Below, in pieces: positions 1 through 7,179 of a stretch of 20,000 nt of DNA (positions within the stretch are counted from its first letter, which is position 1; each line of letters opens with the position of its first letter). Made by a program: the position numbers and the translations under genes. Origin of the DNA: Syntrophales bacterium (GTDB taxonomy: Bacteria > Desulfobacterota > Syntrophia > Syntrophales > UBA4778); contig CAXXQE010000008.1 in assembly GCA_963665615.2 (NCBI GenBank), positions 919,260 through 939,259 of the forward strand, given 5' to 3'. Below the pieces are notes generated by a model. It was given only the letters and a program-made list of their open reading frames with translations. It did no database searches and had not been told where the DNA came from.

Positions 1-528
1 AGAGGAGGTGAAAAAGAGCATATAGCCCATCGTCTTTGACATTTTGGCCTTGGCCAGTTTGGCCTTGGCCTTGACCAGGTAGCGATGGTTTATCGCCAGA
101 GCGGTTAAGGGGGCGATCGGAACGCCGCTCAAATCAACCATTGCGCGCTTGGCGCTCTCCAGATCCCGAAACTCAACAGGGACATCACCCTGTTCCGAGT
201 AAGTTACGTAGAAGGTATTCCGAATGTTGTCGTATTTGAGGATATGCTTGATCTCCAGTGACGACACTGTGGTATCCCAGAGGATTCCGGGTTCCACCAT
301 TTTAATCAAGAAGGTGAAAGAGGTTGGGATGCCGGCCAGTATGGCCTCGTCTGTTTTTGGGGAATAGCAGTCCTTGACAGTGAAATAGACCAGAATATCT
401 CGCGGGTTGCTCGTTACAAAAAAATCGGTGATTCTGGCATCCAGAGATGACGAGGCTCCCGGATAGAGTAATACAGCCAGAAGCCCGATGGCAATCAGGC
501 ACGATGAGAATTTAAGAATTTTTTTCAT
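1..528 (-). CDS. DUF4390-like exported protein (3' end runs off the window)
   Basis: Not in the ORF track; translated by hand. ATG at 528, open to position 1: MKKILKFSSCLIAIGLLAVLLYPGASSSLDARITDFFVTSNPRDILVYFTVKDCYSPKTDEAILAGIPTSFTF...HILKYDNIRNTFYV... It has an N-terminal signal-like hydrophobic stretch. The 'EAIxxGIPxxFTF' and 'LKYD' motifs resemble DUF4390 proteins. Confidence 0.75.
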   Translation of the reverse strand, partial: MKKILKFSSCLIAIGLLAVLLYPGASSSLDARITDFFVTSNPRDILVYFTVKDCYSPKTDEAILAGIPTSFTFLIKMVEPGILWDTTVSSLEIKHILKYDNIRNTFYVTYSEQGDVPVEFRDLESAKRAMVDLSGVPIAPLTALAINHRYLVKAKAKLAKAKMSKTMGYMLFFTSS

Positions 529-585
529 TGATCGATGGGTTCAGCCCAGGGGAAGATACCCCACGCCGTTACGGGGGTGCTTGGT

Positions 586-614
586 GGTATACTAAGAAAA
601 TCAAGAGAATACAA
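586..614 (-). promoter_or_regulatory. Putative sigma70 promoter for the DUF4390-like gene
   Basis: Minus strand TTGTAT-N17-TATACC, about 60 bp upstream of the ATG at 528. Confidence 0.4.
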
Positions 615-640
615 GACCATTTTACAGAAAGACCGGAGTC

Positions 641-1522
641 TTACACGGCGGCCACGCGCTTTTCTCCCGAGAAACTGATGATCTCGTATTGATCGGAATC
701 GGCAATCAACTCCCGCAAAAGAAGGTTGTTCAGTCGGTGCCCAGATTTATAGCCGATGAAGTGTCCAAGGATCGGAAGCCCGACGAGAAAGAGATCGCCG
801 ATCGCGTCGAGAATCTTGTGTTTAACCGGTTCGTCGGGGAAACGCAGCCCCTCTTTGTTGATGATCTTCTGATCGTCCATGACAACGGCGTTCTGAAGAG
901 AGCCGCCAAGGGCAAGTCCTTTGGCTTGAAGGTATTCAACGTCTCTCAGGAAGCCAAACGTTCTGGCGGCACAGATCTGTTTTTCGTAAAGGTCATAAGT
1001 AAAGGTCATGTCGTAGATCTGTTTACCAATGAGGGGGTGATCGTAATCGATCGTATAGGTAATCCTGAAATCATCCGCCGGGACCAGCATGGCCTTTTCG
1101 TTTTGGGCCGAAACCGATACTTCTCGCTTAACGGCCAGAAAGCGCCGTTCCTTGCCTTGCACCTTAATGCCGGCCTGTTTAATCATTGCGACGAAAGGTA
1201 AGGCGCTGCCGTCCATAATTGGGACTTCCTCTCCGTCAATTTCAATGATGGTGTTGTCGATCCCCATGCCCCGAAACGCCGAAATGAGGTGTTCAATTGT
1301 GGAGACCTTCGTGCCGTTTGTTCCCAACGTCGTTGCCAGAATGGTTTCGGAAACATTTGAAAATTCCGCCTTTATTGTCTTATAGCCCGACAGGTCGGTT
1401 CGTACGAAGACAATGCCCGTATCGACGCTAGCCGGTTTGAGCACCATGTTCATCTTTCTGCCGGAATGAAGACCGACGCCTTTGCAGGCGATTTCACTAT
1501 TTAATGTTCTCTGAAAGTACAT
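641..1522 (-). CDS. lpxC: UDP-3-O-acyl-N-acetylglucosamine deacetylase LpxC
   Basis: QRTL...GVGLHSG, TIEHLISA, EVPIMDGSA, ARTFGF, GGSLQNAVV, HKILDAIGDL and SGHRLN motifs. Confidence 0.97.
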   Translation of the reverse strand: MYFQRTLNSEIACKGVGLHSGRKMNMVLKPASVDTGIVFVRTDLSGYKTIKAEFSNVSETILATTLGTNGTKVSTIEHLISAFRGMGIDNTIIEIDGEEVPIMDGSALPFVAMIKQAGIKVQGKERRFLAVKREVSVSAQNEKAMLVPADDFRITYTIDYDHPLIGKQIYDMTFTYDLYEKQICAARTFGFLRDVEYLQAKGLALGGSLQNAVVMDDQKIINKEGLRFPDEPVKHKILDAIGDLFLVGLPILGHFIGYKSGHRLNNLLLRELIADSDQYEIISFSGEKRVAAV

Positions 1523-1603
1523 TGCGACCCCTGTAAAAGATTTGTCTTCCTGCCTCTGGGCCTTCTGAAACAGCCATCAGCAAAAATTTCACATCTGTCT
1601 ATA

Positions 1604-1617
1604 GCAAGATGTATGCC
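1604..1617 (-). promoter_or_regulatory. sigma54 (-24/-12) promoter of lpxC
   Basis: Minus strand GGCATACATCTTGC = GG-N10-GC with GGCA and TTGC cores, about 80 bp upstream of the lpxC ATG. Confidence 0.75.
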
Positions 1618-1643
1618 CGTTAATGAATTTAATCTGTTACATG

Positions 1644-1656
1644 TAACTGCTTGTTA
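1644..1656 (-). promoter_or_regulatory. Putative IHF binding site
   Basis: Minus strand TAACAAGCAGTTA has one mismatch to WATCAANNNNTTR and an A-tract upstream (about 1667-1680). It lies between the enhancer palindrome and the sigma54 site. Confidence 0.5.
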
Positions 1657-1720
1657 TCTATAGATGTATTTTTTATTTGAAACCTTTGCCATGCTGATAA
1701 ATGGTGCCTATCCTGTTGCA

Positions 1721-1740
1721 ATGTTGCAAAACTGCAACAT
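1721..1740. promoter_or_regulatory. Palindromic upstream activating sequence (candidate bEBP site)
   Basis: Perfect inverted repeat ATGTTGCA-AAAC-TGCAACAT, 105-125 bp upstream of the -24 box. There is an extra TGTTGCA half-site at 1714-1720. Confidence 0.6.
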
Positions 1741-1773
1741 ATTGAGCAGGGGGGAATGTAGCATTTGCCATAT

Positions 1774-1931
1774 GGCAGGCCGTTAAAAAGGTTCAGAGGC
1801 GTCGCGTTTACCCCGATCGTTGTCGGGAGGAATTGAGCAGCGGAACCAACTTTTGCGTACGTGAGCATGCGCCCGTCCCCATACCGTTACGGAGAGATTC
1901 GCAGCGCAATGCAGTTTTTTATCAGCCTGCC
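1774..1931. repeat. 158-bp palindromic MITE-like/intergenic repeat element
   Basis: Terminal inverted repeats GGCAGGCCGTTAAAAA ... TTTTTATCAGCCTGCC (14/16 match). Internal hairpins include CCCCGATCGTTGTCGGGAG. No credible coding capacity. Confidence 0.6.
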
Positions 1932-2458
1932 CGCATGTATCGCTCTTTCTCGCTATAAATACAGCCGCAGTAAGGCTGACGATAGAGTCCCATGTCCCTG
2001 GACAGGTTAACGCCCTCCTGCCAGCCGACGCGGAAGTCCTCGTAGTGGAAAGGCACGCCGAAAGTTGCGGCCATACGCTCCGCCGTTTCGCGGACCAAAT
2101 CGTGGCTCTGATATTTGCTGTAGAGAAGCGTCGTTGAGAAAGCATCGAAACCGCGATCGCGGGCATATTGGGCTGTGTAGCGAAGTCGCTGCTCGTAGCA
2201 AAAGCGGCACCGCTCTTTCCCCTCACTAAATGCAACCCCCCTGAGAAACGCCTCCATGTCATAGGTCTCCGAGAAAACAGAGGCCATGCCAACTTGCGAG
2301 ACGTACTGTCGAAGGGTCTCCCTTCGCTTTTCGTACTCCCGCCACGGATGAATGTTCGGATTGTAGAAGAGGCCTGTCAGGCGGATATCCCGCCCGCTCA
2401 AGACCCTATAAGGGTAAATCAGGCAGGGCCCGCAGCAGACGTGAAGCAGCAGATTCAT
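1922..2458 (-). CDS. queH: Epoxyqueuosine reductase QueH (DUF208)
   Basis: LLLHVCCGPC, FYNPNIHP, RCRFCY, FSTTLLYS and YRQPYCGC motifs. Confidence 0.92.
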   Translation of the reverse strand: MNLLLHVCCGPCLIYPYRVLSGRDIRLTGLFYNPNIHPWREYEKRRETLRQYVSQVGMASVFSETYDMEAFLRGVAFSEGKERCRFCYEQRLRYTAQYARDRGFDAFSTTLLYSKYQSHDLVRETAERMAATFGVPFHYEDFRVGWQEGVNLSRDMGLYRQPYCGCIYSEKERYMRAG

Positions 2459-2463
2459 GATGA

Positions 2464-3480
2464 CTAAAACAACTCCTTCTGTCCTGTTGGCATGGCGCGG
2501 CCGAAATGCTCGTAGGCCGCTCTCGTTGCGATCCGGCCTCTGGCCGTACGATGGAGATAACCCTCCTGGATCAAATAGGGTTCGTAGACATCCTCGACGG
2601 TGCTTTTTTCCTCCCCGATGGCCAGGGAGAGGCTTTCGATGCCGACGGGGCCGCCGTCAAACTTGTCAATCAGGGTCAGAAGGATCTTCCTGTCCATCAG
2701 ATCGAATCCCTTGTGATCCACTTCGAGCATCTCCAGAGACTGAAGGGCGATGGACCGATCGACGCGGCCGTTTCCCCGTACCTGCGAGAAGTCCCGAACC
2801 CGTTTCAGGAGGCGGTTGGCGATACGCGGGGTGCCCCGGGAACGTCTGGCAATTTCCATGGCGCCTGCCTCGTCGATCTCGATTGACAGAATTCCGGCGG
2901 AGCGCCGGATAATCGTGCTCAGGTCTTTCGGAGAGTAGTACTCCAGTCGGAAGCTCATACCGAAACGATCGCGCAGGGGCGATGTCAGAAGCCCTGCGCG
3001 CGTGGTGGCTCCCACCAGGGTGAAGCGCGGGATATTGAGTTTCATCGTCCTGGCCGAGGGACCTTGGCCGATCAGGATATCGATATGGTAGTCCTCCATC
3101 GCCGGATAGAGGACCTCCTCGATCACATTGGAAAGCCGGTGGATCTCGTCGATGAACAGGATATCGTGTTCGTGAAGATTGGTCAGGATCGCCGCCAGGT
3201 CGCCCGGTCGTTCAATGACGGGACCGGACGTGACCTTGATGTCCACCGCCATTTCGTGGGCCATGATATTGGCAAGTGTCGTCTTTCCGAGACCGGGCGG
3301 GCCATAGAGCAGAACGTGATCGAGGGCCTCACCCCGCTTTTGGGCGGCTTCCATGAAGATGGCGAGGTTTTCCTTGATCTTGGCCTGTCCTATATATTCC
3401 GTCAACCGTCCGGGGCGGATAGACAGCTCGTAACTGTCCTCGTCTTCCAGGATGTTCGAATCGATAGTCGGTTCGCGCAT
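2464..3480 (-). CDS. ruvB: Holliday junction branch migration helicase RuvB
   Basis: Walker [39 protein letters not shown] and EPYLIQ motifs. Confidence 0.98.
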   Translation of the reverse strand: MREPTIDSNILEDEDSYELSIRPGRLTEYIGQAKIKENLAIFMEAAQKRGEALDHVLLYGPPGLGKTTLANIMAHEMAVDIKVTSGPVIERPGDLAAILTNLHEHDILFIDEIHRLSNVIEEVLYPAMEDYHIDILIGQGPSARTMKLNIPRFTLVGATTRAGLLTSPLRDRFGMSFRLEYYSPKDLSTIIRRSAGILSIEIDEAGAMEIARRSRGTPRIANRLLKRVRDFSQVRGNGRVDRSIALQSLEMLEVDHKGFDLMDRKILLTLIDKFDGGPVGIESLSLAIGEEKSTVEDVYEPYLIQEGYLHRTARGRIATRAAYEHFGRAMPTGQKELF

Positions 3481-3481
3481 G

Positions 3482-4090
3482 TTAATTTCCTAGCCGCTTC
3501 AGGGTCCGTTTCAGAAGTTCTTCCAAGGTCAGAGCCTGCACGGACTCTTTGATCGTTTTCTCCAATGCTCCGGCGGCAGCGTTGTTCTTGTAGCCGAGGT
3601 TGACCAACGCTGAAAGGGCATCGTCCAGCATGGCCTGCTGCGACGCAGAGCCGGCACCGACTTGTGCCGTCGCATCTGTTTCCGACAGCTGTGGAACCTT
3701 GGCCTTGAGTTCGAAGACCAGCCGCTCAGCCATTTTTTTACCGATCCCCGGGATGGCCGTCAATTTGGTCAAGTTGCCTCTGGCGAGCGCTTCCGCGAGG
3801 TCGTGGGGCGAGATCCCGGAGAGGATGTTGATCGCCAAGCGGGGGCCGATGCCCGACACGGAGATCATTAACTGAAACATGATTTTTTCTTCCGAGGTCT
3901 GAAAGCCGTAAAGCTGTAAAGCATCTTCCTTGACGTGGGTGTGTATGTGCAGCGAGACGGGCTGCCCGATTTCCGGCAAGATGTAAAAGGTGCTCAGCGG
4001 TATGGCAACCTGATACCCGATCCCATTAACATCGACGATGATGTCTCCGGCGCACTTATAAGTCAACACCCCTTTGATACTGGCAATCAT
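3482..4090 (-). CDS. ruvA: Holliday junction DNA-binding protein RuvA
   Basis: MIASIKG, DVNGIGY, LYGF, two HhH motifs ([20 protein letters not shown]) and ALVNLGY; adjacent to ruvB. Confidence 0.97.
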   Translation of the reverse strand: MIASIKGVLTYKCAGDIIVDVNGIGYQVAIPLSTFYILPEIGQPVSLHIHTHVKEDALQLYGFQTSEEKIMFQLMISVSGIGPRLAINILSGISPHDLAEALARGNLTKLTAIPGIGKKMAERLVFELKAKVPQLSETDATAQVGAGSASQQAMLDDALSALVNLGYKNNAAAGALEKTIKESVQALTLEELLKRTLKRLGN

Positions 4091-4091
4091 G

Positions 4092-4571
4092 TTACAGGGG
4101 AACCGCCTTCAGAGAATTTCCGTGGCATATCGCCATCGCCAGGGCATCGGCGGCGTCTGGCGGTGGCAGTTCGGACAGGCGTAAAATCGCTTTGACCATC
4201 TGCTGGACCTGTCCTTTGTCCGCCATGCCGTAACCGACAACGGCCTTTTTGACCTCGAGCGGCGAATATTCATAAACGGGAATGCCGGCCTGCGTTGCCG
4301 CCAGGACGATAACCCCCCGGACATGTCCTTGCTTGATAAGGCTGCTGACATTCTTCCCGTAAAAGATATCTTCCAGAGCGAGGACAGATGGTGCCGTCTC
4401 CCTCATGATCTTCAGGAGTTTTGTGTAAACGAAATCAAGACGGCGCGACAGGGGATCGTTGCGCTTGTTTTTAATCTCTCCATAATCGATCCCCGTCAGG
4501 GCGCTTTTATTTTTTTCGATCAGGCCGTAGCCCGTCACGTTGATGCCGGGGTCTATGCCGAGGATACGCAT
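4092..4571 (-). CDS. ruvC: Crossover junction endodeoxyribonuclease RuvC
   Basis: RILGIDPG, LALEDIF, VKKAVVGYG and DAADALAMAICH motifs. Confidence 0.97.
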   Translation of the reverse strand: MRILGIDPGINVTGYGLIEKNKSALTGIDYGEIKNKRNDPLSRRLDFVYTKLLKIMRETAPSVLALEDIFYGKNVSSLIKQGHVRGVIVLAATQAGIPVYEYSPLEVKKAVVGYGMADKGQVQQMVKAILRLSELPPPDAADALAMAICHGNSLKAVPL

Positions 4572-4589
4572 GGGAGTTCCTTTGAGACG

Positions 4590-5339
4590 TTACTGACTGA
4601 GTTTTTCCATGATGTCGTCGGGGATATCGAAGTTGGCGAAGACATTTTGAACGTCGTCGTTGTCCTCCATCATCTCCATCAGCTTGAGCATCTGCTCGGC
4701 CTTGCCTTCGTCGAGTTTGACGGTGTTTTGCGGGATCATGCCGATTTGGGCATTAACGCATTTATAACCGGCGTCTTCCAGGGCCTGCCGGACTGAATCG
4801 AATGCTGCCGGATCGGTCAACACCTCGAACTCGCTTTCATCTCCCTGAACGTCTTCCGCGCCAGCCTCAAGGGCTGCCTCCATCAGCTTGTCTTCATCGA
4901 CGCCCTTTTTATCGATGATCAGACTGCCCTTGCGCTTGAAGATCCAGGAGACGCTGCCGTTTTCTGCAAGATTGCCGCCGTACTTAGAGAAGATGTGTCG
5001 AATATCGGCAACGGTCCGCTTCTTGTTGTCGGTCAGGCATTCCACGAGTACGGCCACGCCGCCCGGCCCGTACCCTTCATAGGTGATTTCCTCGATCGTT
5101 GCCCCGCCGTCCAGTTCGCCCGTGCCTTTTTTAATGGCCCGTTCGATATTGTCCTTCGGAACATTCTCACTTTTCGCCGCCAGGATTGCCGTTCTAAGAC
5201 GCGGATTGCCTTCGGGGTCTCCACCCGAGCGGGCTGCCAGGGTGATTTCCTTAAGGATTTTGGTAAACATCTTGCCGCGCTTGGCGTCGATGGCGCCTTT
5301 TTTTCTCTTGATGGTGCTCCACTTGGAATGGCCGGACAT
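4590..5339 (-). CDS. yebC: YebC/PmpR family protein
   Basis: [27 protein letters not shown] and DDVQNV motifs; canonical position upstream of ruvC; SD GAGGAG. Confidence 0.96.
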   Translation of the reverse strand: MSGHSKWSTIKRKKGAIDAKRGKMFTKILKEITLAARSGGDPEGNPRLRTAILAAKSENVPKDNIERAIKKGTGELDGGATIEEITYEGYGPGGVAVLVECLTDNKKRTVADIRHIFSKYGGNLAENGSVSWIFKRKGSLIIDKKGVDEDKLMEAALEAGAEDVQGDESEFEVLTDPAAFDSVRQALEDAGYKCVNAQIGMIPQNTVKLDEGKAEQMLKLMEMMEDNDDVQNVFANFDIPDDIMEKLSQ

Positions 5340-5607
5340 GGTTTCTCCTCTAAATGACGTTATGGCACCAGCTGGCGATCACATTCAGCCCGGGATGGAC
5401 TGCGGGGCTATCTCCGCCGGTTATTGCAAAGTGATGCTTAATTATCATATCGCAATCATTCTGTAAATGTGCATTTCGCGATCTCGCCGCAGGCAGACCG
5501 CCCGGCGCCTTCCGAAGAGTACTTAAGGGTATCGATTTCGTTTGCCAAGCGTCCCTTTCTTATATATAGAAACGGAGGTAGTTCATATTTGTCACGCAGA
5601 GAAGTCC

Positions 5608-6183
5608 ATGGAAAACGATCACGCAATTCAAACCAATGCCATCCCGGAGCTTGACAAAGTCAAGCTGAGCTGGCGGAAGACGCTGACCTTTTTTGAGAAA
5701 AAAGAATGGTCCAATGCGGTTATCCGAGCGGCAATTACAATCGAGATGGCGGCGAACTTTGTTGTCCGGCAGGAGCTTGAGGTCAGACGTAACCTGGAGG
5801 CGGAGTTTGTCGAGAGTTTGCTGATCTGGGCCAACGGCATTCACGGCAAGTTTACCCGGATTATCCTGCCGTTGCTGAAATATTCCGATCGCTTTTCGGC
5901 TTTTAAAACGATTCAGGAGCAGGTCTTCTATATCGATGAGGAGAGGAATTCCGTCGTTCACAGCGGCGTTACGAAGCAACGGCGTACGGCCGAGAAGGTT
6001 CTGGGAACGGCACGGGAGATCATAGAGATTCTCGTCCGAGACTACCATCGTTCTTTTGAATTGAAGGGGCTGCGGATCCAATCAGGAAAGAAAAAACCAA
6101 AAGCCGGGAAGCGGGCGGTTCAGCAGTGCCTGCTATTTCCGACGGATTCACGCACCATCGTTAAGTCATCCTCCAAGGGGTGA
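5608..6183 (+). CDS. Hypothetical protein with HEPN-like features
   Basis: 191-aa ORF from ATG 5608 (frame is open from 5542). It has an N-terminal helix AVIRAAITIE, the motif RNSVVH (RxxxxH) at 5944-5961, and a basic tail containing QQCLLF. Confidence 0.65.
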   Translation: MENDHAIQTNAIPELDKVKLSWRKTLTFFEKKEWSNAVIRAAITIEMAANFVVRQELEVRRNLEAEFVESLLIWANGIHGKFTRIILPLLKYSDRFSAFKTIQEQVFYIDEERNSVVHSGVTKQRRTAEKVLGTAREIIEILVRDYHRSFELKGLRIQSGKKKPKAGKRAVQQCLLFPTDSRTIVKSSSKG

Positions 6184-6241
6184 GAGACAAGGTCGCCGTT
6201 ATGACACATTGCTCGTTGTTCCATGTCAGTTAATTAATGTC

Positions 6242-6646
6242 ATGAAATCATTTGCCTCCCTAACAGAGATCAAGGTCCGGGGGTATCACCTCGACGTTTA
6301 CGGCCACGTCAATAATGCGCGCTATCTGGAGTTTCTGGAAGAGAGCCGCTGGAAATGGGTGGAGGACGTGGTCGGTGTCGGTGAGCCATTCAGTCGCGAC
6401 ATGGGGTTTTCCATCGTTAACATCAATATCAATTACCGCAGGCCTGCCTGTCTGGGAGACGAGCTTGTAATCGGGACGGGCATCAGGGCGTTCAAAAGCC
6501 GCAGTGCGGTCGTTGAGCAAGTGATTTGGCTAAAGGGGACGGAAACCGTCATCGTCGATGCGGCCGTGACCTTCGTGATCGTTGCGATTGATACGGGCAA
6601 GGCGCTTCCCATGGATGAGACGTTACGCCGGTTTTTTGGAGGATGA
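6242..6646 (+). CDS. Acyl-CoA thioesterase, YbgC/FadM (hotdog fold) family
   Basis: VRGYHLDVYGHVNNARYLEFLEESR and ININYRRPA motifs; ATG at 6242. Confidence 0.9.
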   Translation: MKSFASLTEIKVRGYHLDVYGHVNNARYLEFLEESRWKWVEDVVGVGEPFSRDMGFSIVNININYRRPACLGDELVIGTGIRAFKSRSAVVEQVIWLKGTETVIVDAAVTFVIVAIDTGKALPMDETLRRFFGG

Positions 6647-6663
6647 CCCCCCAATTTTTACTT

Positions 6664-6708
6664 GCAAGAAGGCGCTTCTGAAGATTTCTGAAGCGCCTTC
6701 TTGCTTTT
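6664..6708. terminator. Intrinsic terminator between convergent genes
   Basis: Perfect 15-bp stem GCAAGAAGGCGCTTC / GAAGCGCCTTCTTGC followed by TTTT, between the thioesterase and hemerythrin 3' ends. Confidence 0.8.
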
Positions 6709-7115
6709 CAGTGCAGCCCTTTTTCTATGAAAAAGGCACTGTACTTCTTGTCAATGTTCATGATGTGATGCTGCAACCAGTCACTCAGAAAATCCATCAG
6801 CTTAATCGTGAGACCGATCTTTCCGCTTTCAAAATCTGCCTTGAAGGCGGCGACCTGTTGAATAAATTTGGCGTGTTCTTCCATATGGGTGGCGGCTTCA
6901 GGGTAGCTGAAGCGCTCAAAATATTTTTCTTCCGTCGAAAAATGCTCGGTGGTGTAGCGGATCAGTCCATTGAGGATTGGTGCGAGGATCTCTTTTCCCT
7001 TGCCGGCGCGCATTGCGTCCTGAAGGTCATTAATCATTTTAATCAATTTTTTGTGTTGATCGTCTATTTCGCCGATCTTAACGCTGAACGTGTCATTCCA
7101 TTGCACCAGGGCCAT
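6708..7115 (-). CDS. Bacteriohemerythrin
   Basis: W..F...I.EIDDQHKKL, HFSTEE, HMEEH and WLQHHIMNIDKKY iron-ligand pattern; SD AGGAGG. Confidence 0.93.
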   Translation of the reverse strand: MALVQWNDTFSVKIGEIDDQHKKLIKMINDLQDAMRAGKGKEILAPILNGLIRYTTEHFSTEEKYFERFSYPEAATHMEEHAKFIQQVAAFKADFESGKIGLTIKLMDFLSDWLQHHIMNIDKKYSAFFIEKGLH

Positions 7116-7179
7116 AGGTTCCCCCTCCTGAAGTAGTGTTTATTTTTAAGATCGGCTGATTGTCTTCTTTTCTTTATCC

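Noticed and set aside
1780..1925. Possible 6S or SRP RNA
   Set aside because: No recognisable conserved 6S or SRP motifs. Terminal inverted repeats and overlap with the queH stop fit a repeat element better. An Rfam scan would settle it.
1783..2292. 169-aa minus-strand ORF overlapping queH, and the 79-aa ORF at 1629-1868
   Set aside because: Alternative-frame shadows of queH that run through the palindromic element and promoter; no recognisable motifs.
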